From positions 2,170,001 to 2,234,000 of the forward strand of contig OZ218959.1 of assembly GCA_965112735.1 (NCBI GenBank): a DNA stretch of 64,000 nt, read 5' to 3'. The stretch comes from Phaeosaccion multiseriatum. Taxonomy: Eukaryota > Protista > Ochrophyta, other classes. Under the pieces are notes generated by a model. That model saw only the letters and a program-made list of their open reading frames with translations, ran no database searches and was not told the origin of the DNA. The position numbers and the translations under genes were made by a program. Below, piece after piece: positions 39,615 to 52,063 of the stretch. Numbering within the stretch: the stretch's first letter is position 1; each line of letters opens with the position of its first letter.

Positions 39615-42600
39615 GTTGGGGACATTCCCTTCTCAACTGCTCGTCTCCGTGCCCTGCTTCCGCCCTCACTCCCCCCCCTGCTTCTCTTACCCTCCCTCTG
39701 CTTCCCCCCCCCCCCCTCTCCCCTCCCCTCCCTTACTCACTCACTCCCTCCCTCCCTCCCCGCCTGCCTGCCCATATGCCTGCCCATATGCCTGCCCATA
39801 TGCCTGCCCATATGCGTGTAGATGGCACTGGACGCTCTCTCTGACAAGGAAAACGCTCTCAAGGAGGCCAGGCAGGCAGCTCACAGGGAGAAGGTTGGTT
39901 TGAATTTGAATTTGAGTTTGAGTTTGGGTTTGAGTTTCAGTTTGAGGGCAATGAAAAAGAAAAGTTGTGCTTGCACTTTCTTTTGCCTCAGCTGTCCACC
40001 ATAGAGGATATGCCCGTTGCACGTTTGAAGATTGACGACATGGATGTGCTCGATATTGACGACATATCGATGTGCTCGATATCGACGACATATCGATGTG
40101 CTCGATATTGATTTCTCGAGGTCAATCGACTGAAATTGAATCGGAAACTGCTAAAACACTTGTGTCTGTCTCGTCGTGAAGGTGCGAGTGCTCGCGGAGG
40201 TTGCGGAAGAGCGTACAGAAGAGATGAACCGCCTCACAGAGAGCCTACACAAGGACAAGGTGCGTAGCACCAACGTGTGTGTGTCTCTTGAATGTGTATG
40301 TGCATGTGCGTGATTGTGTGTGTGCATGAACGCATGTGTTCCTCTCTTCCTTGCTTCCTTCATTCCTTCTTTCTTTCTCATTCCCCTGTATACTGCCTGC
40401 CTTCCTCCCTCCCTCCCACCCTCCCTCCCACCCTCCCTCCCTCCCTCCCTCCCTCCCTCCCTCCCTCCCTCCCTCCCTCCCTCCCTCCCTCCCTCCCTCC
40501 CTCCCTCCCTCCCTCCCTCCCTCCCTCCCTCCCTCCCTCCCTCCCTCCCTCCCTCCCTCCCTCCCTCCCTCCCTCCCTCCCTCCCTCCCTCCCTCCCTCC
40601 CTCCCTCCCTCCCTCCCTCCCTCCCTCCCTCCCTCCCTCCCTCCCTCCCTCCCTCCCTCCCTCCCTCCCTCCCGCCCTTCCTTCCTCCCTCCCTCCCTCC
40701 CTCCCTCTCTCCCTCCTTCCCTCCCCTCCCCTCCCCTCGCTCACAGCAAGCTGCAATTGGGCAACTACAGACCCAACTCCAACAACGAGCAGAAGAGCTC
40801 GCTGCCCTCCAAACCGAGGTCGAGGCCGCTCGAGGAGCCCTGGAGGAGCGTCAAGCAGACATGGACGGACTCCGAGCGGACGTGGACAGGGAGATGCAGG
40901 AAGGAAGCTTCCAGGTGAGGGCGTGCCCTTTTGCCCTGTCTCACTCTCTCTGTCTGTCTGTCTGCCTGCGTCTCTCTGTCTCTCTCGCTCTCCCTCCCTT
41001 CTCTGATTGGGGTGTGATCGACTTTGCGACCCCCATGTTGAATCACATCCTCCTCACTCGCCTCCGGAGAGGAGTCCCCACGCTCTTCTGTTGCCGTCGT
41101 CGGGAGGCGGTCACGACTGGAATCCTCACTCTCTCTCTTCCTCCCTCCCTCCCTCCGTCCCTCCCCCCCTCGCCTGCTTTCCTCTGGTCGGCCCTTCTTC
41201 TCCGTGCCTTCCTCCCTTCCTTCCCCCCTTCCTCCCTCCCTCCCTCCCTCCCTCCCTCCCTTCCTCCCTTCCTCTCTCTCTCCCTCCCTCCCTCCCTCCC
41301 TCCCTCCGTCCGTCCGTCCCTCCCCCCCTCTCTCCCTCCCTCTCTCTTTCCCCCCTCCCTCTCTCTCTCGCCCTCCCTCCCTCCCTCCCTCCCCCCCTCC
41401 CTCCCTCCCTCCCTCCCTCCCCCTCCTCAGCTCATGAGAGTCACTGCTCTGAGCCTGCGGCAGAGGGAGGAGCAACGCCGACATGTGGAGGCCGTGAAGA
41501 AGTCCTGCGATGACGAGAGGGAGGCAGAGCACGCCAAGGCGGAGCAGCTCAGACATGTGCGTGCGTGTGTGCGTGCGTGCCTGCCGGTGTGGGGTCCTGA
41601 CGCTTCACAGCTCACCTCAAAACGCTTGACAATACGTGTTGATACGTCAACGTTACGTTAACGTGCCATTCTTGCCTCTTGCCTCCTGCTCCTGCTCCTC
41701 CTCCTCCTCCTCCTCCTCCTCCTCCTCCTCCTCCTCCTCCTCCTCCTCCGCCTCCTCCTCCTCCTCCTCCTCCCCCTCCTCCTCCCCCTCCCCCTCCTCC
41801 TCCTCCCCCTCCTCCTCCTCCTCCTCCTCCTCCTCCTCCTCCTCCTCCTCCTCCTCCTCCTCCTCCTCCTCCTCCTCCGCCTCTTGCTCCTCCTCCTCCT
41901 CCCCCTCCTCCTCCTATGGCATCTTGCCGCTTGGCACCACATACCCCCTACCTCTGTCTCCCCCCCCCCCCCCTGTCGTACAGGAACTTGTGGGGGGTGT
42001 GACGTCACTGATAGAGGTGTGCGCTACCGCCGCACAGAAACACGCCGACATGAAAAACGTGCTTATGAATCACAAGAGAGAGGTACGTATGTCAACTTGG
42101 GCTCCTCGTATGTCAAGTTGGGCTCCTCCCCTCACTCCTTTTATTGGGCTCTCATCTCTCTCTCCTCTTCCTCCTCCTCTCCCCCTCCCCTCCCCTCCCC
42201 TCCCCAGCACCCCCCTCCTTCCTGACCTCTCCCCCCCTTACTCTCCTTGCTCTCCCTTCCCCTTACCTCCCTACCTCTTTCTTTGTCTATTTTCATCACC
42301 ACCTTGAACTGCCATCCTGTCCTCTTTTCTGCCACCGCCTAACCGCCTTTTTAACTGCATCCATCCTTACCGCCGCCATTGCCATCCTAATGGTCCGCTT
42401 TTTCACTGCATCCATCCTTACCGCCATGAACTGCCATCCATCCATCCATCCTCAGGTGCTCATCGATCACAAGGTTCAGAGCGCCGGGCTGCAGAAGGAG
42501 ATGACGAGTCTCGGCAAGGAGAGGGACGAGGTGCTCTTCAAGTACGTCATTAAGACACTTCAAGTCCTTGAATACGAGGGGAGAGGAAGGAGATGGGAGA

Positions 42601-43054
42601 GAGGAGAGAGAGGAGAGGGGCGAGTGCAGAGGGAGGAGGGGAGAGAGGAGAGAGGAGAGAGAGGAGGAGAGAGAGAGAGGAGAGGGCAGTTGGGAGTTGT
42701 TGTCGTTGCTGTTGTCGTTGCTGCTGTTGTTCACTCATTGTTCCACCCCAACCCACCCCACCCCACACACCCCACCCCACCCCACACACCAGATTGGACA
42801 CTCTGAGTCGCGAGATCCGCGAGCTCGAGGGCCTCGCTAAGGAAGCCGAGAAGGAGTTGCAAGCGCACTCCAAGAGCAGCGCCATCAGTGAGTAGCAAAG
42901 CCTTACACTAGACTAAAGCCTTACACTAGAGAGGAAAAGATTTATTAAGAGTAAAGCACTAGAGTAGAGCAGAGCACTAGAGTAGAGCACTAGAGTAGAG
43001 CACTGTGTATCCTGTTCCCCATCCCTCGCTCTCCCTCTTGCCTTCATCATCATT

Positions 43055-43092
<38 letters not shown>

Positions 43093-43807
43093 GATGTCTC
43101 TCTGTTGTGCCTATCTGTACCGCCCTAATCCCCCATAATGCGACCGCTTCTCCTCCGTCCCTCCCTCCCTCCCTCCCTCCCTCCCTCCGTCCCTCCGTCC
43201 CTCCCTCCCTCCCTTCCTCCGTCCGTCCCTCCCTCCGTCATTTCAGGCTCGGACGGTCGCATCAACCAAGCGCACCAGCGCAAGAAGAAGCGCCTCGATA
43301 CTGAGTTCGAATCCATCTTAGAAAAGTGAGTCATGTCATGTATTGGGCGGGCAGCGGGTCCTGACCCTGACCCTGACCCTGACCCTGACCCTGACCCTGA
43401 CGCTGACCCTGAGACTGACCCTGACCCTGACCCTGACCCTGAGACTGACCCTGACCCTGACCCTCACCCATCACCCTCACCCTCACCCATCACTCTCACC
43501 CTCACCCTGACTCTGACCCCTCTCCTTCCCCTTTCCCCTCCACCCCCGCTCCCCCCCCAGCATCGAGAGCAAGAGAGCGGCTCGACTCCTCGTGGAGAAG
43601 AAGATGCACGAGATTGGAGACGTTCGCGCTGGCAAGGAGGATGAGATGAAGGAGCTCGAAAGGGCCTTGGTTGGCGTGTTGGTGGAACAGCAAAAGAAGC
43701 TGTTGGGCATTCTGTCGAGCGCGGCTGGGGAGGGAGAGGAGGCACTTCAACACGCCAAGGGGTCTGTCAAGAAACACGCCGCTTTGGACAAGGGGTGGAA
43801 CGCATGA
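25383..43807 (+). CDS. Giant (~2,500 aa, ~33 exons) protein: globular N-terminal region, polyQ and a very long coiled coil
   Basis: Exons chain in frame through GT-AG junctions where checked, for example 25383-25581, 25743-26255, 26509-27341, 27527-28096, 28242-29042, 29304-29648, 29963-30067, 30395-31069, 31533-31794 ... 42456-42541, 42793-42887, 43247-43325 and 43561-43807. The sequence is E/K/R/A/Q heptad-rich from about 29600 onward. The start codon is uncertain. Confidence 0.7.
38747..39230 (+). repeat. (CCCTA)n pentanucleotide array in an intron
   Basis: About 480 bp of near-perfect CCCTA with occasional CCCTG or CCTTA units, ending just before the acceptor at about 39239. Confidence 0.95.
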
Positions 43808-44768
43808 CCTCTGAGTGAAGCTGAGTAAGGCCTCGGACTGACTGATAGATTTATATAAAGAAGAGGGTTCAGTTTCAGTCTCGTGAAAAAAACCGGTGGG
43901 CCTCCATTCTTTTGAACGACTCTTCCCGTCGCAGTCGCCAGAGACAAGTACGTGTCGTGTGGTGTCATCGAGATGTGTGTGCCACTGACCATTTATCCTC
44001 CCTCCTCCCCCACACACATACGCCTCACTGCCCGGTAGGCAGGAGGGCTCGCAGGCTTCCCACACTCCCACACTGCAAGGAGAAGGCTCTTCCTTACTGT
44101 ATTATCGCTTCCCCTTCGGAGTTGTTTGCCTCGTGCTCCATTGCTTCTCCCTGCCATCCGACGGAGAGAGAGAAAGAGGGAGAGACCGAGAGACCCTCCC
44201 TCCCTCAGCCAAGTCTCCCCCTCCTCCTCCCCCAGCAGCCAGCCAGCAGCCAGCCAGGTGCCACAGCTCTTCCTCGTTCCCCCCTCCTCCTCCCTCCTCC
44301 TTCCCTTCGTGGCTCACGGCTCGTCGCCCTTCTATCTGAAGTATGGATGGGATGGGCTGACGCCATCAATCGCCATCCTCCTCCCGCCCCCCCCCTCCTC
44401 CTTCTCCTCCTCCTCCTCCTCCTCCTCCTCCTCCTCCTCCTCCTCCTCCTCCTCCTCCTCCTCCTCCCCCTCTCTCCTTCCTCCGACGGAAGACTCAGCT
44501 CCAGTCCCCCCTCGGGACCCTTTCGCCCCTTCCCATGCACCTACCTGCACCTCCAACGGAAGCTGAGCCCATCCCCCTTGAGCCCCTTCCCCGTAGCCTT
44601 CATCCTTTAGCCTTCATTCTTTAGCCTTCATTCTGTAGCCTTCATTCTCACCCCTCTCCTCCTCTCTACGAAGGAAGGCCGAGCCAACTCCTCTGTGGCT
44701 TTAGCTCTCTCCCCTCTCCCCCTCCTCCCTCCTCCCTAGGAAGGAAGACTGAGCCTGCTGCCCGTGGC

Positions 44769-46633
44769 CTAGGAAGGAAGACTGAGCCTGCTGCCCGTGG
44801 CCTTGCTCTTCATGTAATAGTAGAAGAAGTCCACGTAGAGGGCTGTCTGCACCACCCCGGCCAAGGCCTGCACCCAGTTGGTGTGATAGTTCTTCTCGTA
44901 CGACGCGCGGTATATCCTGTACATATGTATACATATACACACGTCATCAGTTGCCATCCATGGCCATCACACACAACGACAATGTCATAAATCAACGACA
45001 ACAGAAACAACACATGAGCGTTTGTTACATGACACACAAGTACATGTACATAAGCCAGCAAAGTAAGCTCCTCCTCCTCCTCCTCCTCCTCCTCCTCCTC
45101 CTCCTCCTCCTCCTCCTCCTCCTGCTCCCTCACCAGTTAAGCACGTACAGCCCTCTGTACACGCCCAGCAGAAATACGTAATGCCCCGTCAGATTCTCCA
45201 CATCTCGATAACGCTGCAACACAATAAGCTGCGGAACAATTGCCATTGCCTCGAGGTATATGGAGAATTCCCATGTGATCTCCAGCAAGGGCACGCGGAA
45301 GCCTTTGATGATGAGGGAGGTGATTACGGCGAGCACCGCACAGGGGGCGACTGCGTATGCCAGGTGTTTGAAGCTACGGGGAGGGTAGGAGAGGGGTTGG
45401 GAGCGCGGGAGGGAGGGAGGGAGGGAGGGAGGGAGGGAGGGAGGGAGGGAGATTAGGAGGGAGATTAGGAGGGGCGGAGGTGGGAGGCATGCCCGACCCG
45501 ACCCACTGTCTTGACAGCCCCCCACCCCTTGTCTTCACACACCTGAAACCCCCATCCAGCGTCCTGACACCTCCCATCACCCCAGTCCTGACACCTTCCA
45601 TCACCCCCGTCCTGACACCTTCCATCACCCCCGTCCTGACACCCTCCCCCATCAACCAGGACTTATTTGTCCCGACACACCCGCCATCACCAACCTGTCC
45701 TGTGTCTTGTCGTACGTGGCCTTGATGGGCAGGGTCTGTCGGATCATGTACACTATGTACCCCGTGGAGCTGATGTACACGATCTGGGGTGGGTAGGTGT
45801 GTAGGTGGGGGAGGAGGAGTTAAGTGGGTTGGGTGGGGGGGGGAGGAGGGCTGCACTAGTGGAGCAGAAAGTTCAGAGGAGGGGAGGAGTGGAAACTCTT
45901 CACCTGAATGAGCAAGGCAATCTCCATAGGAGTCAGGAGTCCGTTTTAGGTTTCCCATCCCATCCATCCCACCACCTGATCAAGTCGACTGACCTACCCT
46001 ACCTACACAGCATCCTACCTTCATGCAACTGTTGTAGAGGCTGTAGAAACGGGTGAAGAGGTCGAGATAGCGGAAGACAAACACGAGCAAAAACAGCTCC
46101 TGAGTCTTCAGCGACACTCCTGTCAGTGGTGGTGTTTGTTCCCAGTGGCAAGAGCGAGAGAAGAGGAAGGGGGGCGAGGGAGAGAAGCAAGGACAGCGAG
46201 AGGGAGAGAGAGAGAGGGGTGGAAGGCAGAGGATGAGGATACAGCAACTTCATCGAGCACGGCAGAATGGACGACCCGTCACATCACACCACACCCGAGC
46301 TTAAAGTAATCAGGAGACCACTCGAGGGAGGAGGAGCCATGGCTTTAGTTTGGCGCTGAATTTGTCACACTGGAGACAAATCAATAGTCGCTGGGAGGGG
46401 TGCATCACTGAGGTACCAAGCCTGCCAGGGTGGACAGCCCCTTTATGCTGCGCTCCTGTTCCCCTTGCCCTTCTGCTCCCCGACCACGCCACGTGCCCCC
46501 CCCCTCCCCCCCCCTTCCTCTACCGGAGGCCTCCACACCAACCTGCCGCTGACTTGCTCGCCCTTAGCTTGAGGAGCAATATTAAGATGCTCCCCAAGTG
46601 GGCCATGTCGCCGAACAGCCGGAAGATATTCAT
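44769..46633 (-). CDS. ERD2: ER lumen protein-retaining (KDEL/HDEL) receptor
   Basis: Five exons. MNIFRLFGDMAHLGSILILLLKL, SLKTQELFLLVFVFRYLDLF, WEFSIYLEAMAIVPQL, HYVFLLGVYRGLYVLNW and AGVVQTALYVDFFYYY are typical of ERD2. Confidence 0.96.
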
Positions 46634-47050
46634 CGTTGTGGCTGGGTTTGCTCCCGTTGAAGGGAGTGCTCGGCCCCCGTCGTTAGGGAAGAGCGCGGAA
46701 CGAAATGGGAACCTGCGCTCTTGCTGCTGGAACTTGCTGCTGGAACTTGCAACCAATGCGGGAGCAGAGCGATGTGCAGCAGGCCTCCGCTCTTCCCCCT
46801 CCCTCCCTCCCTCTCTACTCTCTCTGCAAGACGCTCTATAGGGTGAGGTGGAGGAAACGAGCGAGAGAACACAGGGCCCATGCATTTAAACTCGCATTCA
46901 ATTCTTCGTCCCCTTCTCAATACAGTAATGATATCTCCCTTTCCATATTAAGGAGGGGAGTAACTCTGTTGCAATGTGTTTCTTGAAAGTCTGAAAGCTC
47001 CTTGAAGCCCGAGAAGGCCACAGGCAAGCTCGGCAGGAAAGGCTGGAGCA

Positions 47051-49401
47051 ATGCCTAAAGCTGAGCAGGCTACTGCAGCCTGCACCAGCGGAGTCCTGAA
47101 ATCAATATTCTACAGCGAGTTTGACAATGTTGCGGGGCCGAAGATCTCCTATCAAGCGCCGACCGAGTAAGTGTGTAGAGGTGAAGAGAGGAGAGAGGAG
47201 AGAAAAAATAAAGCGTGGTCAGGTACTCACAGCTCCCCGTTCCGCAACAACCCCGCCTCCCCATTCCCATGCAACAACCCCCACGCCCCCTAAGCTTCCT
47301 GCCGCCCGACAAGTTCGACGGTATTAGCGACTACATCATCACGGGGCGGCAGATGTGTGGCAAGCTCATCACTGTACGTGCCTACGGCTATAGCATCGTG
47401 GCCTACCCCATGTGCATCCAGAACAACAAGTATCACAGAAACGCCCTGCTCTTCAGCGTCGGCTTTATTTTCGACGAGTAAGTCGGAAGGACGGAAAGCT
47501 TATTTATATCAATTCGTCTCTACTTGCTTACATCTTTGCTCTTGCTTGGAGGACCAGGGGCGGGGGGGGGGGTGAATGGGAGAAAGCTTTTTACAAGTTA
47601 GCAGGTCTTAAGGTCTAAGCTAAGATCTGTCAGTAGAGGGGACGAGTTTTCAGCGAGGCTTGCCCCCAAAGACCTGGCTGACCCTGACCCTGTTTCTGAC
47701 CCCCCTCGAGCCGTGGACATTCGAACCCGTATCCCGTAACCCCTTACCCCTGACTCTGATCCCCGACCCTTATACCATTATCATCATCATCATCATCATC
47801 ATAATCATCACCATCATCATCATCATCATAATCATCACCATCATCATCACCATCTTCCTCCTCAGAAGTGTGGATGTGTCCCCCTACCACCCCATTGTGC
47901 GCAAGTTGGCCCACGTGCTCCGTGCCCTCGAGCAGGAGAGTCAATTCCTCTACAACCCTCGCCAAAAAGCTCGCCTGGCCTCCATGCTGCCTGCAGTACT
48001 GACGAGTCTCAACACGAGAGGACAAACCGCCTTGGTGCTTGATGATGCGAACATGCTCAACCTTAAGCTCTTTACCAAACCTCCTCCGGCGGGTGACATC
48101 GTCAAGGACTACCAGGTAAGGGGGGAGGGAGGGCGGGAAGGAGGGAGGGAGGGGAGGGAGGGAGGGAGGAAGGGAGGGAGGGAGGAAGGGAGGGAGGGAA
48201 GATGCCTCCCTCCCCCAGCTGCATCAGTCCTTCTGATGTATATGATGCATGCATGTCTTCACAACTGACTCTGCCTGTATCACCAACTGCTTCTCTTCCA
48301 TAAAGGTGCCCGTGCTGTTGGTGGACAAGCGGCGGCTGCAGGGACCGGACTTCGACCTCGGCTTCCGACAGGTGAGTTTCAGTTTCAGTTTTGTTGCCCT
48401 CGTCCCAGGGGGGTGGTGGGACCAGCTTGGTGGGATCCATGTGCTAGCTTGGAGGCTTAATGGTTGGCTCCATGTTCGTAAAGATAAAGCATCCTCGCCA
48501 CTCTTCTCTGTCTCTCTCTGTTATCTCTCTCTCTCTCTCTCTCTTCCCTCTCTTTCCTCCCTCCCACTCCTATGGATCCCTAACCCACCCACCGGGGCGG
48601 GGGGGGGGTATTATGACAAAAAATGCCAAATTCCAACTTTTGGCTTGCAGGTGATGGCCCATGTGGACGGGGTAAAGTCTGCCAAACTGCTAAGCCTCGC
48701 TGCTGGGGTGGACATTGCCATCGTCAAGCGTTGCCTGAGAGCCCTGCTACACTACAAATGCATCGCCCTCTGCGACATCTTTCAGTACACCAATGTCTAC
48801 GTTAGCACAGAGAGGTGAGTACGCTACTGACGCACGCTAGTACTACTGACGCACGCTAGTACTACTGACGCACGCTAGTACTACTGACGCACACTAGTAC
48901 TACTGACGCACGCTAGTACTACTGACGCACGCTAGTACTACTGACGCACGCTAGTACTACTTTGTCTACGCTGGCACGGAGGCATGAAACAGGGATGGGT
49001 TGGGTTAGGTTGGTTTGGTTGGATCCGGTTGGGTTGGTTGGTGGGGGCAAGGGTGAGAGGAAGGGGAAGGAGGGTCGGCCTCAGGCTCAGGAACAAGATC
49101 CAGGGGCAGGGTTGGTTGGATTCTGTAGAGTTGGGTTGGGTTGGTTGGTGAGGCCAAGGGTGAGAGGAAGGGGAAGGGAGAGGGGGAGAGGGGAAGGAGG
49201 GTCGGCCTCAGGCTCAGGAACAAGGTCTGGGGCAGGGTTAGGCTCAGGAGGTATACGTGTATGCCCTCCTCGTTTGGGCTCTTGCGCTGAAAAGAGTTCC
49301 CTCTGTGCGTCAAGCCTTGACGGCCTTCCTTCTCTCCCTCTCTCTCTCCATCCCTGTCCCTCTCCCTCTCTCTCTATGTATCTCTCTCCCTCCCCCGCCC
49401 T

Positions 49402-49456
<55 letters not shown>

Positions 49457-49460
49457 CCCT

Positions 49461-49509
<49 letters not shown>

Positions 49510-50467
49510 GTGTGCGGAACTGGCCAGGAACCCCGACATGCAGCTCCGCCTCTACGACTTTGCCGTCAGAAACCGAACGACGAGACCCACTACACCCCAC
49601 CTTCCCACCTCATACAACACCCCCATGACAGTCGCTACCGCTGCTGCCGTAGCTGTTGGTGCTCCACCCCCTCCCCCCACGCCGGAGCTCCTCCACTTTT
49701 TGGTGCGGCTCCTGTGTTCTTTTCACCACGGAGTCACAGTTGGCAGTCGGCTGCGAGGCATCAATCGTAGCTCCAACATGTCCTCCACTGCCGCTCCCAC
49801 CGCTACCACATCTCCACCCAACAGCAGCAGCGGAGGAGGACGAAGACGAGCAGGAGGAGGAGGAGGAGGAGGTGGTGGTGGTGGTGGTGGAGGAGGAGGA
49901 GGGGGTGGTAACGGGTTTGGCGGTGGAGGTGTGAGCAGCGCGATGACCAACGACCTCCACTTTCCCCCCGTGGGCATTGATGACTTTGACCACGTGCGAC
50001 TCATTCGCTTTGCGGTCATTCACGGCCTGCTACGGCGCGTGCACATGTACCCTGTCTGTGTACCCCTCTCTCCGGCAGCGGCGGCAGCAGCAGCAGCAGC
50101 GGCGGCGGCGGCAGGGGGGGGCGAGCTGGACAACAGTAGTAGACACAGCAACAGTGGTGGGGGCGATGGTGGCGGTGGTGGTGGTGGTGGTGGTGGTGGT
50201 GGTGGTGGCGGTGGTGGTGGTGGTGGTGGTGGTGGTGGTGGCGGCGGCGGTGGCGGTGGTGGTGGTGGTGGCGGGATGGACAATAGCAGCTCTAGTACGA
50301 GTGGGAGTGCGGGTGGCGGGCGTGGAGGTCTGAGTTTCCGCCTCGAGGTGCAGAGCAAGATGAATGGGACCATGTGTACGGACGAGCTGTGCACGCTGTA
50401 CATGATGCCCTACAGCAAGCTCGAGGCCTTGGCCACGGAGAATCAAGCCATGGTCATCTATCGCTAG
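47051..50467 (+). CDS. NPRL2: GATOR1 subunit NPRL2 (nitrogen permease regulator 2-like)
   Basis: Exons 47051-47166, 47295-47477, 47866-48115, 48306-48371, 48651-48813 and 49510-50467. Motifs: IFYSEFDNVAGPKISYQAP, KYHRNALLFSVGF, LEQESQFL, DIFQYTNVY and LIRFAVIHGLLRRVHMYP. Confidence 0.93.
48820..48960 (+). repeat. 19-bp minisatellite (GTACTACTGACGCACGCTA) x~7 in an NPRL2 intron
   Basis: Direct tandem copies begin a few nt after the donor at 48814. Confidence 0.9.
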
Positions 50468-51563
50468 GGGAGGGGGGATGGTCATTGTCAGCTGCAGTTC
50501 CATTTCAAATTGTTTGTTTGTTAGAGTTTTGTTGTTGTTTGGGCTTTGTTTGTTTGTTAGCAAGGGAGTTGTGTGTGTTGTTTGGCTTTGTTTCACCAAG
50601 GTAATGAATTGTACGATCGAAGGGTAGTGAGGAAGAGACAGGGGTGAGGGTGTGGTGGTTTGGGGAGGAGAAGGGAAGAAAATGCAAAGGAGTTGGCCTC
50701 CTTGTGCAGCTTGACTGACCGGTGCTACCTCTCCTCTCCTCTCCTTGAGTTGGTGTAAAAATGTTCGATAAAGTATATATATACACAAAATTAAAAATGA
50801 AAAGTACCGGTATCGTGTACGTCGGCGGGGATGGGGATGGGGTGGGGAAACAGCTGGCAACACCAACAACCAAGAGACAGAAGAGAGAGAGAGAACTCGC
50901 CGCGCAGAGAGGACAAGTGCCCTTCTCCATCCTCCTGCCCTACTCATCTTCTCTCCCCCTCCATTTCTTCCCTCTTGCCTCTTGCTGCCGTAACCGCTCC
51001 AGCCTGAGGCCCAATACCCCCTCCGCCTCCTCCTCTTCCTCTTCCCGTCTGCAGTGCCAATGCCCGAGACGCCTCCTCTTCTCTCATGCTTTCGTCTCTG
51101 GCCACTATGGCCGCTATGGCCTCCTTCCGCCCTAGCAAGCCTCAGCAGCAGCAGGCCTCATCAGTAGTAGCAGCAGTAGCAGCAGGCCTCAGCAGGAGCA
51201 GTAGCAGCTCCTCCGTGCCACCCAGCCAAGCCCTGCCACAGCCCCGTGCTCTGTCCTGTTGTCCCATCTGTCCCACACATTCCCTGTGAGCCAACTGTGA
51301 GTATGTCTCACTGGCCTTCCTCCAAGAAGGGCCGTGGCTCACTGCCCAAGTGTACATCCCCCTTCATCATCATCATCATCATCTTCATACCCCCCACCCG
51401 TGCCTCCCCGGCCCCTATCCAATACATCCGTCTTCTTCCCCTCCCATACATCAAGTTATTTTATACTCTACATATACCATATATTTATACCTACACTTGT
51501 TGCTCATTCTCACTCATCACTCATTCACTCACTCACTCAATCACTCACTCACAAATGGCTCAA

Positions 51564-52012
51564 TCAGGGCCTCCGCAGTTGAAGCACCACCGCCATCTCC
51601 TCCTTCAACTGGGCACCCTTACCCTCCATACCCGCCTTGTTGCAGGCAAAAATCACATGCCCGTAGCACACAGCATCAGGTTTGACCCCTTCCTGCTTCA
51701 TCTCCTCTAACAGAGACAGGGCTTCCTCAATGCGGCGGCGTTGGGAACATGCCCAGATGGCACTTGTGTAATGGCGCACGTCGGGAGGGACACCGGCATC
51801 CTGAGTGGGGGTGAGAGGAGGAGGGAGTGCGAGGGGGTGGGTAAGCATGCATGTTGGAGGAAGAGGACGACAAGGAAGGAAGGAGAGGATGGAGCGGCCA
51901 AGACAAAAGAGTGGGCAAAGAAAAGACGACCCCCCCCCCCCCCCCCAACCCATCCCCCCACCGAGGCAAACAGCACTCAACACACACACACATACACGCA
52001 CACACACACATA

Positions 52013-52063
<51 letters not shown>

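Noticed and set aside
48820-48960. Regular repeat resembling a CRISPR array
   Set aside because: The units are contiguous with no unique spacers, there are no cas genes, and the context is a eukaryotic intron.
50944-51357. Two abutting in-frame minus-strand ORFs separated by TGC TGC TGC TGA, suggesting selenocysteine or readthrough
   Set aside because: The Cys run is a (TGC)n microsatellite. I found no recognisable domain or SECIS. It is more likely 3'UTR or an alternative last exon of the PPR gene.
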